A stretch of DNA of 64,000 nucleotides, taken from assembly GCF_009914755.1 (NCBI RefSeq), contig NC_060943.1; one strand, written 5' to 3'. The notes below the pieces were generated by a model, which saw only the letters and a list, made by a program, of their open reading frames with translations, ran no database searches and was not told the origin of the DNA. The position numbers were made by a program, and so were the translations under genes. The DNA is from the human T2T-CHM13v2.0 reference genome, Homo sapiens. Below are positions 22,360 to 36,413 of this stretch, one piece after another. The stretch's first letter is position 1; each line of letters starts with the position of its first letter.

Positions 22360-22600
22360 AGCAGTGTAACACCATGATAAAGAGCTCAGGACCAGTCAGA
22401 TGGCACCAAGTTTGCCATCCAGCCTCACCACTTGCAAGCTGTTTGTAAGCAGCGCATTTTGATCTTTGAGCCTCAGTTTTCTCATCAGTAGAACTGGACT
22501 AATTCTTTCTCCCTCATAAGGTCATCAGGATTAAAAGAGAAAATGATTAAGGAGCCCAGAGACCAGCTATTCAATGAATGGCCAGCTACTCTTATTACTT
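22360..22600 (+). mobile_element. MIR
   Basis: gagcctcagttttctcatcagtagaa...cctcataaggtcatcaggattaaaagaga. Confidence 0.8.
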
Positions 22601-22887
22601 GTGTAATACATGTTGTTGAATATTTTAGAAATAGAAGCCCCACCAAAGGCTGTGGGCTTCAGTCATCTGCAGAGCCGGGTGAAGAAGTGCCATTCCTCCT
22701 TCCTTCCTGGCTGGTCTTTGGGGTGATGTACCTGGGAATCCAATAACTATTGGCTGATTGATTTCCTATGTATCTGAAGATGCATTTTAAAGGGTCAGCT
22801 GAGTTATGGAGGGGTCTGGGGTCTAAGTCTTCACTAAACAAATATTCTCACTCCAATCCATCAAATGTTAGTACCATGTATCTAGGC

Positions 22888-22942
22888 CACACACACACAC
22901 ACACACACACACAATCACACATGAAAACACATACATGCACAC
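22888..22942 (+). repeat. (CA)n microsatellite
   Basis: cacacacacacacacacacacacaca. Confidence 0.95.
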
Positions 22943-23038
22943 AAGTGTACTGGTTGGTTGCTGGATTCCTGGTAGGGACATTATAAACTGTGCTTTCCAT
23001 CTTTTCCCTACAGCCAAAGCTAAAGATCACAAGGAGGT

Positions 23039-23150
23039 CCCTTCATTCCTTTCTTTCTTCCGTCTTTTCCTCCCTCCCTCCCTTTCTCCCTTCTTCCTCC
23101 TTCCTTCCTATCTGTCTCTCTATCTATCTGTCTGTCTGTCTGTCTGTCTA
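23039..23150 (+). repeat. CT-rich low complexity plus (TCTG)n
   Basis: ccttcattcctttctttcttcc...tctgtctgtctgtctgtct. Confidence 0.9.
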
Positions 23151-23679
23151 GATATATAAAGTGTATCCTAGGTAGGATCGGCACTGTGAATGAGAACAGA
23201 AATGCTTTGAAACCATTGCATCAACACAATAGCAAAATGAAAGCAGTGATGTTCTCCTAGTTTCCATGTTCCAAATTAAAAAAAAAATATATATATACAC
23301 ACACATACACATATACATACCAGAGACTCCCCTAATTTGCATACTGGTGTATATTCAAGTGTTGATTTCAAAGCAGCCTAACACTTAAGCATGAAGTATA
23401 AAATTAATGAGTTGAACCTGTGACCACTGCATTCAAGAAGAGTCACCCAAGAGAGAGGTGGGGAGTCGAACAGAGCTCCTTTACTTTCTCCCACAGAGGA
23501 AAAGGTGGAATTCTGGGCTGGCTTTCCCTCACCAGAGGGTATCCCAAATCTATGACAAAAGAAAAATGCCAGTCTCTTTTGGAAAGTAGGGAATGCCCTA
23601 GTGATGCTGTATGAAGAAGCAAGCCTCCATCTTCCCCGGGGAAATTTGAAACCAAGATGGGGTCCTGTCAATGACCCTC

Positions 23680-23850
23680 TAGCATTTATTGAGTGCCTAT
23701 TAGACAGGTGGCCTTGGGCTTTGAAATGCAATATCTTATTTAACTTAATTCTGAGAACACTCTCTGTCTTTTGATGGAGAAAGCGAGGCTTATCCATGGT
23801 GGTGTGACTTGCCCAAGGCCAAGCTGCTGGTAGGTAGCAGTGCTGGGCTC
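23680..23850 (-). mobile_element. MIR
   Basis: agcatttattgagtgcct...tgatggagaaagcgaggct...gtgacttgcccaagg. Confidence 0.8.
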
Positions 23851-24540
23851 CGTCTGAACGGAACCTATGTCAGTGACATGTAGGTTGCATGCCCTTCAGA
23901 CTGGGACTCTTGGCACGTGGCCTGGACCTTCTCTGCAAACGGGGTTTCCTAGAACAGACATGGCGGTTGGAGAATCGACAGTCATGAGACAGACACACTT
24001 GTTGTAGTTGCAAAGATTCTACCATACTCACTCCTTGGACCCTAAAGGGGGAGACTTGTCCTGTGCATTTCTGAGCATGGGAATTATTTTGCTTCTTAAA
24101 ATGCAATTAAGTCAAAGGCCTGGGAATTAGAGCAGAAGCCAACATCCCATCCTCTGCTGGTGGGTGAGGAATGCTTCTTCCCATGCTCAATAGGCATCTC
24201 CTATATTCCCAGGGCACCCTTGCCTTTCCTGTCCCTACCCCGCATCTCATTCTTCTTTCAGGCATCAGTCCAAATCCGTCTTGCTCCATGAAGCTGTATT
24301 TGAACACCTATCCATGCCAAAAAGAGCGCACACCACGATGCCATGTGAGGCAAGGTTGCCTTTCATCTGCTCTCACCCTTGGGGTTTTGGGATCCAATCC
24401 TCTCCAGACTTGTCAGCTAGCCTTCTATGGAGACATCAGGGAGGTGTACCTGGACTTTATCCCTACTTATCATTTGTGAGTTATTAACCCAAACCAGATG
24501 CAAAGGTGTCGACATTGGTTGTGTTGTAAGAATTCTGAGG

Positions 24541-24840
<300 letters not shown>

Positions 24841-25384
24841 TCCAAGGAACTGGCTTTGCTGGGCCAGTTTCTGGTCTCCAGAACCCCAAGGGGACTGTAT
24901 CTCTTCAAGGGAATAGGTTGAGGGGTATCTGGGCCCCTCCCAGGACCTTGTCCCAGGGCAGCTCCCAGCTGCAGGTTGCTCTGCCTGGGAGGAGGCCCAG
25001 GAGTGCCATCGCATTGCTGCACTGGCCTGACCTCCCACTGGCCCGCACATGAACTGTTCCAGAGACAATACCTAGCTTTCTAGGGGCAGCCTGGAAGAAC
25101 CCCCGAGCAGCTGGGCTAAACAGGCTCTGAGAGGGAAGCATTGCTAGCAGGCCATATAGCAAGGAGGGCTTCGTGGACCGTCTCCTGAAGGGTATGAGGT
25201 ACTTAGGCCTCAGTCCTTAAATATTAGTTGAATAGATGAACAAGAAGTGAAGGGCACAGTGTTTGGTGGACGGAACAGCAAGAATACAGGTGTGACAGTA
25301 GGAACTGCTGCGGCAATCTGGGAACAGCACTTGGGAAGGACATTGCTGTGGGGAACCTGCTAGAGAGGCTTTGAGATTTGGAAC

Positions 25385-26080
25385 TGTTTGGGGTCCTGGG
25401 GACATAACAGTGAACAAACCGATTCATATCTGGGCTCTCATGGAGCTTCCATTCTGGTGGGAGGGAACTGGAAATAAACAAATAATTCAGGCCTGGGGCA
25501 GTGGCTCACACCTTTAATCCCAGCACTTTGGGAGGTTGAGGTGGGAGGATCACTGGAGCCCAGGAGTTCAAGATCAGCCTGGGCAGCATAGTGAGACCCC
25601 ATCTCTACAAATAATAAAAAAATTAGCTGGGTGTGGTGGTGCATGCTTGTAGTCCAAGCTCTTCAGGAGGCTGAGGTGGGAGGATCACTTGAACCCAGTT
25701 CGAGCCTACAGTGAACAGTGATTGTGCCACTGCACTCCAGCCTAGGTGACACGGCGAGACCCTGTCTCAAAAACAGAAACAAAAACGAAACCCAAATAAT
25801 TCAAATACATTGTATATCAGATGGTGACATGTGTTATGGAGAGAAATGAAACAGGGTATGAGGATACAGCAGAATGGGAGTGGGGGTGGCTGTAATGTCA
25901 CACCAGTCGGGCAGGAAGCCTCACTGAGAAGCTGGCATCTGCGCCTGGACTTGGCGGTGGATACCAGGATGAGAGCACTCCAGGCTAAGGGAAGGGCAAG
26001 TGCAGAGCCTCTGAGACAGGACTGTGCTAGGTCTGTCTAAGGAGCAGCAGTGTGGCTGGAGTAAAAAAGGGATGGAGAGA
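25385..26080 (-). mobile_element. L2 fragment interrupted by AluJ
   Basis: ctggggacataacagtgaacaa...ctctcatggagcttccattctggtggga; resumes after the Alu with tcagatggtgacatgtgttatggagagaaatgaaacaggg. Confidence 0.8.
25490..25792 (+). mobile_element. AluJ with TSD CAAATAATTCA
   Basis: TSD at 25479-25489 and 25793-25803; ggatcactggagcccaggagttc (J-type). Confidence 0.95.
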
Positions 26081-26164
26081 GTTAAACTAGCAGAGCCCAT
26101 GGGGAGCGGGCTTCCTATCTCCTCTCTCACTGCACTCTGGGCAGCACCACCAGGCTCTGCAGAT

Positions 26165-26440
26165 CTTTGCTGAGTGTCTGCTATGTGCCAGGCACCTGGA
26201 CCTGACCCCTGTGATTCGTGCTGCTCTAGAGAGACACGGAAGTATATGCGCCATTTCAACCGTGCCCACGAAGACTAGGAAGGGAGAGAACTGAGGGCTG
26301 TGGGGACACCTCCTCACCTGGGTAGTCAGTGGTGTCCTCTGGGAGGACTCAGGGTGAGAAGAAGTCAGCAGAGAACAAGGTAGGGAAGAGTTCCAGGCAG
26401 AGGGAATGGCCTATGCAAAGGCCCTAAGGTTGGAAAGATC
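26165..26440 (-). mobile_element. L2 fragments
   Basis: tgctgagtgtctgctatgtgccaggcac; ttccaggcagagggaatggcctatgcaaaggccct. Confidence 0.65.
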
Positions 26441-29400
26441 TTGGTGGCGCGATCTTTCTTTGCATGGGGAAGGGGACATCTAGTTGGGGCTGCCCTCTCT
26501 GCTGTGAGCGCCTGTTGAGGGGTAATTCCTGTGGGAGGGCATCCATGGGCCACTGTGGTCTTCTCTGCCTGATGCCCTCTCCTGCCGTCCAAAGTCAATA
26601 TCTTCCTTCCAAGTGGCCCTTCCCTCTTGCCCTCCTTCTATTCTTCTTCCTAGGCAAATATCTACTAGACATTTACTCTGTACCAGGCCCTCAGAGAAGT
26701 GAGAAGATAAAGTTAGCTACAAAGACAAAAATGATCAAGCTGTCTCACAGGGTAGTTCCTGTTGGGGTTCACAAGGGAGTCTGTGATGCCTGGCTCCCCT
26801 CTGCTTCCCGGTCGGCTACCCCCAGCTTTAGGGGGTATCCGTTCACAGTTATTTTTGTATGGCAGCATTGGGTTAGACTTGGTTGTGCTTCACGCAGTCT
26901 AAAGGGTGGGAGGGTCCATCATGAGTGTCACAACAGTATTTTGGGTTCCTCTTTCCTACGCATGGCTGCAGTGGTGTTCCGTATTCCCTCCATCCTTTTC
27001 CATCCATGACCAGGAAATCTCCACAAAGCAGGGTCCCTGCCCCCAAGGGGATTTGTACTTTACTTAGGACCTGACCCTTTGAGGAGGTTCTTACTCCCCA
27101 TCCCCAACTCTTCATCACAAAGACCTATCCCTTTCGAGAGAGGGACAGGTTGGCAGGAAAACCAGATCCTTGTTGGTATCGCCTGTAGGATCACATGGGA
27201 TGTTTTGATTTGATGTTGAACTTGAAAGTACATCTCATGCCTGGCCTTCCGATTCGTTACTTAAATTATTACAATGTTAACTTTTTAATTTTATTCTTAT
27301 TATGTTTTTTGGTGGAAAATGAAATATGTCCTGGCTGTTTGGATACTGAACTTTTTTTTTCTCATTATTAGGTTTTAAATGGTTAAGTAAATTTCATTAA
27401 ATAACTGTAAACATTCCAAAGAGTCCTGCATACATATCGTATTTCACATCATCGTAACTTAGATGCAAAATATTAAAATGTAAATGACTCAATAGAAAAA
27501 TTATGGAAACAAATGTATGACTTTTATTACACTTTTGGAAAAGTTGCTTAAATATTTCTCCTTCCTTCGCAAAAATCTATGATGAGTTAAAGGAAAAAAA
27601 TATTTTAAGACACTATAAAAAACAATTCTTAAGAATAAAGCAACAGACCTTGTGGAACAGCTTTTTTTTTCTAATTTTATCTGTTCAACTCTGTGAATAT
27701 ATGTTGGCAATTGTCCACTCATTAATTTGATTATTTTAAAGTAAGCTATATAAACATGAATATAATTATTGTAAATTTAAAACATTAGTTAGAACAATAT
27801 TGTTCCCAAGTACATAATAGATAGAGGTCTAAATTTTGGTATCATGCATTATGAAATTTGAACCAACAGTTCTTTTTCCTCCGAGGAAATATTGCAGTCT
27901 GTAGTAAGAATTGTCTGGGAAACATTTGGTATTTTATTTTAGTCTCTATCACAAATTTCCATGTGATTGTTCTATATTAATCATGAAAACTGACACGAGA
28001 TTCCTTTTCCATAATAAATAGCAAGTAATGTAATAAAAACAAATGATAACGCTAATGAAAAAATTATATTTTTCCCCAACTTAGAGAAGAGTTCCAACAA
28101 TAGGTAGGATAAAATAAAATCAATATTTTGACAGTGCTAGTGCTGTATTACGTCTGGCTCATTAATTTGGAGACAACTTCTCTGTTCAATCCCAAATCAC
28201 AAAGTGTCAACAAATAGTAGTTTTAACATCTACTCTCATTCCAATGCATTTAATGCTTTGCAAGTTATTTTTAGCAGAAAATGATTTTTTTGATTCTGCA
28301 GATGTATAGAGATTGCATTGTGTAGGTTTTTGTCTTGGGGAACAATGAAAAACTTTTGCCATTGCAATTTGTATTCAAGAGATAGTTCATTATAAATTCC
28401 AGTTCAGCACAATCCTATATACTTTTTCCTATATATATTTACATATATGAATATGTGTGTGTATACACTCTTAAAGGCCATGTTCATTCCTGTTCATTAA
28501 TTTTATGCAAAGTTTTCCTTAGCTTCGTCTTCTTTTAGAAGAATCTACAGTTTCTGATTTCCAAGTACCGATTGTCAGTTGATTAAGGTCAATGCTAGCA
28601 CTTATTCAGGCTCTTATTGACTGGGGCCACGTGATAGATGTGATTGATCGGCTTTAGACACAGGATTGCTCATTTCCCATTGTAACACTCCTTTCCACCT
28701 GACCCATCCCTCATTACCCCGAGTTCTTCATAGAGTCTTTAAGAACGATCCACCCCCCCACCCCTCAGGTGCTGTGCTGTTACATTAAGGCCAAATTCCA
28801 TCTCTCACTTGTGCAAAAAAATATGGGTATCACTGCTGCCTGTCTTCCTTTGTTTTCCAGGGATCACAAAAGCCTGGGATTTAGAATAGCAGATAATAAC
28901 ATACAGTGCATATTATTGATGCTGCTTTAATTGTCTTATTGACAACTCACTTGAACTTGGAGAAGCATGCTAATATTTATCATCCTGTGAACTCATGTGC
29001 ATTTTCTCTACTCAAGCCATAATTACAGAAGAATTTCGAAACTCAGATGTCTGCCTGCTGCACTGCCTCACCTTCCCTGTGTTTGGACAAAGGCTTCCAG
29101 ACCACTGCATTGCCAGCTGTCTTTGCTCCTTGCCCCTGAAGCTTTTAGCACCCTCTGGATGCTTCTCCCTCTAGGGGAGATCTGGCTAATTAACACTTTG
29201 ACCAGCGTCTGGCCAGGATCGGGGTGGCGATGTGACCCACCTGAGGAGTTGCAAGGAGGGCAGCATTTGGGTTGCCTAGTGGTTTTTTGTTTTTTCCAAG
29301 AGACAGCTGTTTCTTACCTTTAGGAAATGCCAATGGAACACATTAGAAAGATTTAGAACAGGCTGAAGCTAGAATTGAGGCCACTGTCCTGGCTAGGAGA

Positions 29401-29514
29401 CAAAAGTCCACTTAAGGAGGGTTTGACAGGCTTAAGTCAATGGATGGAGCCATCACCATCTAACTCATGTCTACCTAGCTGTCCCCATCTGCCACCCATG
29501 CCACCCCATCCACC

Positions 29515-29921
29515 AGGCTTCAGCCTCACTGGTCTCCTTTCAGGTCCTCGGACACACAGGCTCCATCCCACTTGAGGGCCATAGCACACCTGTTTCCTCT
29601 GCATGGGACCCCCTCATCCTCACCTTTTACCTGGCTGCCCCAGCACAATGCTCAGGTCCCACTCAAGTGGCACATCTTCAGGGAGGCCATTCCTGTCCTC
29701 TTCTATCCTATCCCAGTCACCTGCTGTCTTGTCCTTTTCTGTTGTCTGCACAGTGCTTATCTTCATTGACTTTATTGATTGTTTGCACACTTACCCATCT
29801 CCTTCCCTCCACAGGACTAGACTCCCCAAAGCCAGGGCCCCTAACAGTCTCCTGAGGTCTCTACTCCCAGCACCCAGAGCAGCGACTTGCAAATGGCAGT
29901 CCATTAATAAATATGTTTTGT
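29515..29921 (+). mobile_element. L2 3' fragment
   Basis: gagggccatagcacacctgtttcctctgc...cccagcacccagagcag...aataaatatgttttg. Confidence 0.75.
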
Positions 29922-31689
29922 AAGAATGTTACTTTCCTAAAAGAAAATATAAATTTAGGAGTGTGTCCTTGACCCTTTGAGAACAATGACATGTCATGAA
30001 ACAGACTGTCCCATGACGCATCCTTTGTTCCATTGTTAGAGATGGAAGTCACAGCTGTGACTCTCTCCCAGCCCACCACGAGGTCGCCGTGATGGAAGTG
30101 CAGAAAGAAGGTTGTCTCTCTATTGAAAATATATTAGCGTTATTGCCAAGTTGTTCTCCCTTTGTAGGGGCACTGGCTTAATCAAGGGCGCATGTTATGA
30201 TAGGGACAGGCTTAATCAAGGGTGTTTATTCTGGCTTGGGTTTTGGCCTCGGGGGCCTTTTCTCTGAAGGTATTTCCCCGCCTATACCACTTGGTCTGAG
30301 GTTGGCCACGCAGTCCCTGCTGCAGGCCTCTTGCTTGACATCAGTACGTTGGGCACGGAGCGTTGGAGTCAGGTTCTTTGTCGCTGCTGAGAGCCAGCTG
30401 TGTGGAGCCCTGATTAACACAGATAAAGTTGTTAGTCGCTCTGTGTTCTTGTCTTTGGCAGTGCTTGATGTGGGTCCCTGGGCAGAGGCGTCGTGGAGAC
30501 GAGAGAAGATGCTGCCCCGGCCCCCTGATTGGTGAGCCGCTCATCTGACTGATGAGTGAGGTGGAGTAACCCCACTGGCTTCAACGAGACACTCGAATCA
30601 CAGAGGATGATTGCAGAAGGGGGAAAGGACTTTAAACCTATGTCACACCCTGTTGCCCCAGTGACTCCTGTCTTGGGGAGCTTACGATGCTTGTGCAACT
30701 GAAGAATCTGTTTTCTGAGAGTGTTGGGATTGTATTGCTCGCGTATTTCTCCCCACAAGTCAACAACAAACGAGAATTCTTGCAGAAAAATAAAAGACGG
30801 TAGGAATCAGAGAGGGAAAGAAGTCTCGATTTTCTCCCGTCTGTCTCATAGAATCCTTCTGCGGCATCAAATGTTTTCCTTTTATCCATATTATTTCTTT
30901 ACTAGTTAAATAGAAATATCCTTTCCCTGTGCACATATTTCCTCTCAAGTAGACTGCAAGCTTCCTGGGAGCAGAATTGTTCTTTTTCTTCCCATAGTGT
31001 GCCACTGCCTTGCCAGCTACACACTGCCCCCGTCCCCACCCCACAAGAGGTCTGGCACTCGAGGGTGGGCGGTTTGGGATGCGTGAGGAAAGTAATAAAA
31101 CCTTAATGAGTAACAGAAGTGAATGAAGAGTGTGGGTCTTTGGAAAATATTTAGAATGATCTCCTGTTGAATTGTTCATCATTTATAGACCTCTTGGGCT
31201 AAAAACTATTTGCTGTCTAGCGGTAGCCAAGGCTAGCTTTTTTCTTTTTCAATTCAATGAGTAAAAAAGTCGACTCATTATTATTATATTTTTTAAATAA
31301 GGACCCTAAGAGTCTACCAGGGATATTTGAAGACACTATTATTCAAAGCCAGACATTTTGGGAGTGAAATTCTCATCATGAATGGGTTCCTTGATGTAGA
31401 AACTAAGAAATCCCTTGGCGTTGTGATTCTTGGTGATGACCTATTGTTACTTGCTTCCAATTAAGGAAGGGAGTCCCACGTCCCCTGGGTTCTTCCAGCT
31501 TTCCGCTGGGGTTTGGGCATTGCCTCACTGGTGTCTGCCTCCCAACCTCTCTTCCCCAGTGTGTTCAAGTCTCCAGCTTCCTGTTCCACTATGACTTCAG
31601 CTGTTTGATGGTGTGAATGAAAATAAGATATGTATTCAAGGGCACCCCCGGTGTGCCCCCATTGTAGGCCAGGTGACAGTTCATAGTCA

Positions 31690-31860
31690 AACACAGGGTG
31701 GAGGCAGAAATCCCAGGTCCTGGCCTTTGCTTGGTGATTCACTTGGGTACTTTATTACCTACATGGGATCTGTTTCCCCGTCTGTAACACAGGGGAGGTG
31801 TGCAAGAGACCAAGAGCAGGTTGAAGAATCATTAGGGATGCTTGTCAGGCATGCCGGTTC
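31690..31860 (+). mobile_element. MIR (degenerate)
   Basis: aaatcccagg...cttgggtactttattacct...ctgtttccccgtctgtaacacagggga. Confidence 0.55.
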
Positions 31861-31993
31861 CTGAGCTCCACCTGGAGAGGCAGCTTTGCAGGGGGTGCTG
31901 TTGTCCATGGACTCCACACTGGTCCAGGTAACCCTTCCCAGTTCTTCTCTGATGGGTTACACCTCGAACCTGGAGACATGGTTAAACATCCAC

Positions 31994-32300
<307 letters not shown>

Positions 32301-32641
32301 TTATAAGTAAATAAACATTAGCAAACCTTATTTATTGCCTCCTTGGTTTTCTCCAGATTGTCTCAATTAGTGACATTTAACCAAATCAGAGAGTATTTCA
32401 CGCCACAATCACAGAGGCAATTCTAGACCCTTATCTCCTGAGACCCTGTCACCTTACGGTGCAGACAGCGGCATCAGGAAGTGAACCGACCTGGCCCTGT
32501 TCACAAAAGAGCCACATGTACAGCGTCCACTGAATCTCTGCATTCGAATTCAAACCAATAGAAAATAGCAGAAGACAACAAGGAAATGACTGATTGGTCA
32601 AAAGCCTTGTCTGTGATTTTAAGAACTTGTAGCTTTGAAGA

Positions 32642-32996
32642 TTTCTTTTTCTTTCTTTCTTTCTTTTTCTTTTCTTTCTTTTTTTTTTTTTTTGCGACAG
32701 AGTCTTTCTCTGTCAACCAGGCTGGAGTGCTGTGGCATAATCTTGGCTCACCGCAACCTCTGCCTCCTGGGCTCCTGGGTCCAAGTGATTCTCATGCCTC
32801 AGCCTCCCAAGGTGCTGGGATTACAGACACCTGCCACCATGCCCTGCTAATTTTTTTTTTTTTTTTTTGTAGTTTTAGTAGAGATGGAGTTTCACTGTGT
32901 TGGCCAGGCTCGTCTCGCACTTCTGGCCTCAAGTAATCTACCCACCCGCACCTCCCAAATTGCTGAGATTGCAGGGGTGAGCCACTGTGCCCAACC
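32642..32996 (-). mobile_element. Alu (S/J) with long T/CT tail
   Basis: Full dimer; internal duplication ctcctggg ctcctggg. Confidence 0.9.
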
Positions 32997-33780
32997 AGAA
33001 TCTTCAGATTTCTATCTGGTGAAGTTGGGGAGATGTTCTTGAAAGGTATAGCTGCAGTGAGCATGTGTGATTGGAAAGAGACTTCTAACCTTTTATCTTA
33101 TGAACTGCCCATCCCATATGAGTTAGAAATTCTCTCATAACTCCCTAATGGAACCAGTGGGACAACATGTTATTAGTACTGTTCCAGGTATGTCTGGCTT
33201 TTGACCTTGGCCAGCAGTGGTTCTGAGGAATGATTATTTCTGATGCCTACTAGATTTCATCTTTTAACAAGGAAGACCCTTGAGTATGTCTACTCCTTCC
33301 TTTTGTCTTTTTAGCACCCCTCCCCCAGAAGTTGGGTGACATTTTAAGGAGGAAGGACAAGTCACTACTGTGTGCAGATTTCATATCAGATACAAGAACT
33401 CCACTTGCTGCCAAACGGGGGTTTAACCTCTCCCAGATCCTTGGTTGTGCATAATTAATGCGTCGTTCAGCATTTGACTTTTGTGCCTTTCATACAGATT
33501 TGATCTTAAAGGATGCCTGTGGAGAAGTTCTGTGCTCACAAAAGCACCTTCCATGTATTTCATGGCTTTTGCTTTTGAGTTTTGGGGAGACCCTTTCTTG
33601 AGTTTTCCTAAAGAAGGTGATCTGTATGGATACAATACACAATCTCTCTTAAATTATTCAGCAACTATTTATCCAGTGCCTAGCACTGTGTTTCCAAATG
33701 GTTGGAAATGAATGGCTGCAATATAGTTACTATTACTAACACTAATGTTAGTATTAGTCTTAGTATTATAATATAAACAG

Positions 33781-33848
33781 GAAAAGAAGGAGAAGGAGGA
33801 GAAGGAGGAGGGGGAGGGGGACAAGGAGGAGGGGGAGGAGGAGGAGGA
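33781..33848 (+). repeat. (GGA)n purine-rich low complexity
   Basis: gaaggagaagggaggagaaggaggagggggagggg...gaggaggagga. Confidence 0.9.
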
Positions 33849-33899
33849 TATTTTAACACGCCCTTGTGGCATGAGTTCTATAGGTAACTTCCCTTGCAT

Positions 33900-34130
33900 T
33901 GTTTTTTTACTGAATCTTCAGCAGTCCTGTGAGATGGGGTCATCAGTTTGATTTTCCAAACAAAATATCTGGGGCTCAGAGCACCAAATGACTTACCAAA
34001 AAACACATGCAAAAAGGATCACTTGAGCCTGGGAGTTCGAGGCTTCAGTGAGCCCTGACTGCACCCCACCTTGGGTGATGGAGCGAGACCCTGTCCCAAA
34101 ACAAAAACAAAACAAAGCAAAACCAAAAAC
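33900..34130. mobile_element. MIR (-) fragment followed by Alu right-arm fragment (+, about 34017-34130)
   Basis: tgaatcttcagcagtcctgtgagatggg...ggctcagag...atgacttacc; then ggatcacttgagcctgggagttcgaggct...gagaccctgtcccaaaacaaaaac. Confidence 0.7.
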
Positions 34131-36042
34131 CCACATTCAGAGCAAGTGGCTGAGTTCAGGTGGAAACCCCCCACCCTGCCTCATCGAACCTCTCTTTGCC
34201 ACTGTGCTGTGTTGCTGTGGCCAAGCTATTGCCTTTTTGGGGAATGGAGGTGGAAGGCTGAAGGGACCATTCATGAAGTCACCAGGCTCTAGTGGGAAAG
34301 TGTCTAGCCAAGAGATAGCTGCAAACCTAGTTCCCATTTATGCCCACTGTTGAGAATGCTTGGGGACATCCTTTAAATGGTTTCTCTCTGGGCAAAGGCA
34401 GCACTCCCTGAATCTGCCCTCTTGCCAAGTAGAGGAGATGTAAGAACATGTTTTCTATTGATTTTTAAAAGCAATTCAGGACCCAACTGGTAATAATCGG
34501 TGTGACCTGTGCTGTTCTCCAGGCAGTCACAAGCAGCTCGGAGCCTTGTTGTGTGACTCTGATGTTTGGGATGTGCATTCTTTGAAGATTACTTCTAAAG
34601 CAAGGAGTCCAAATCCTTAATTCACGATTCTGTCTATTCCTGTGGTGTTTACATTCCACCATGGCAGAAGATCACTGTGAAAAAGAAAGATGAAAATGCA
34701 CTTTTAAGAAGGGCTTTTCTTGTGCGGGCCTCCTCCAAAGACCCTAACCCTTTCCCCTCTTGTTGACGCCGAGGTCTGTGTTTCATCTACAGGGAACATA
34801 TACATTAATAGGTGATTTAAAGCTTTGTCACACTGTGGTGACACATGCAGGCTGAGCTCTTGGGGCAATGAGCTGCGTGGAGCAAGTGCTGGTGTGATTT
34901 CGGGTGTTGGGGCAGGTCTCTCTGGCATCGTGTGTCTGTCAAAGGGCTGTCTGCCCTTTTGCTGAAGTCGGGTCTGCAAGGGTCTTGGGGAAAGTGGCTG
35001 GTGAGGCTGATTGATTTGACCAGTGAGCAGAGCAGGACCTTGCTAGGGCTGGGCACTAAGAGAGAGATGAGTCTTCTACTTAGAGAAGTCGCTGAGCTTT
35101 GGAATCTGAGAGCTGAGTAATGTGCAGACACAGGGTCTGGGAAGACCCCTTGATTCCCTAAACACTAAGACAACTACGATTCCTCTTCTGTCTATACCAC
35201 TCCCCCCATATGATTCAAAAGGCACCATAAAGGCATAACATATACAAGGACCAAGTTAGTTCTGATTTTTCCAATGATGACTGTTTTGATGCCTGTTGGG
35301 TTTTTTTTTTTTTTGAGGGGGACAGATATCAAGTGTCAAATACTTTAAAAATAGAATTCCTTTTTTTAAAAAGTGGTATTATTGCTTCCTCATTTTTGAG
35401 GAGTTTCCAAAGCACATATGGTCTGTCCATGATGTTACACGGGGTTTAGGTTTAAGATCTCGGTGAACTTGATACCCATGACCCGGTCTACAAAGAACAT
35501 GTGGGGTCTGTCTGCTTCCCTCTATCCCTGCAGTCAGCAACACCAAGGATACTCAAGACTCCCTATCATCGGTGGGGAATAAGCCACCAGGCCACCTGAT
35601 CACAGAGCACTCCCTGGATGCACTTGAGTGTCTGGGTTCCAGATAGGCGTGGTTCTACATAAGACTGTGTGTCTACATTTTCTGGGGCCAACGAGAAACC
35701 ATTTCTGATGCTATTTGGGCCACCCATCTAGTAGATTAATGTGGACAATGATGAAATGATGGTTCACAGGTGGAACCTGAGATGCACTCTCAATTCCCAT
35801 ATGGATGGTTGGTGTGGGTGCAAATGGCCTTAGGAAAAGAGCCAGGCTTTTGCATTGGTCAGAGCACTGACTTTTTCTATAATGTGTTGAAGGGGGAGCA
35901 GGAACTCACTAGTGTTCCTGCTGATGGTTCCCAGGGCCCTTTAAAAACAGCCTCCTTAATATGTTGCTGCCTGTTCAAGGCATCGTGTGGCCTTGAAATT
36001 TAAAAACATCATATAGTAAATTCGTCTACTTCTTTAAAAAAT

Positions 36043-36413
36043 TTTACTTCCATAAGTTTTTGGGAACAGGTGGTGTTTGGTTACATGAGTAAGTTGTTTA
36101 GTGGTGATTTGTGAGATTTTGGTGCGCCCATCTCCTGAGCAGTACACACTGCACACAATTTGTAGTCTTTTATTCCTCACTCACTTCCTACCCTTTCCCC
36201 CTGAGTCCCCAAGGTCCATTGTGCCATTCTTATGCCTTTGCATCCTCATAGCTTAGCTCCCACTTATGAGTGAGAACATACAATGTTTGGTTTTCCATTC
36301 CTGAGTTACTTCACTTAGACTAATAGTCTTCAATCCCATCCAGGTTGCTGTGAATGCCATTTATTCATTCCTTTTTGTGGCTGAGTAGTATTCCATTGCA
36401 CATATATATATAT
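36043..36413 (-). mobile_element. L1PB-type 3' end (non-inverted part of a 5'-inverted L1)
   Basis: ttttgggaacaggtggtgtttggttacatgagtaag...agctcccacttatgagtgagaacatac...tggctgagtagtattccatt. Confidence 0.9.

Noticed and set aside
35420-35440. Partial REST/NRSE-like word ctgtccatgatgtt
   Set aside because: The GTGCTGAA half is mismatched; no canonical RE1 seen in the window.
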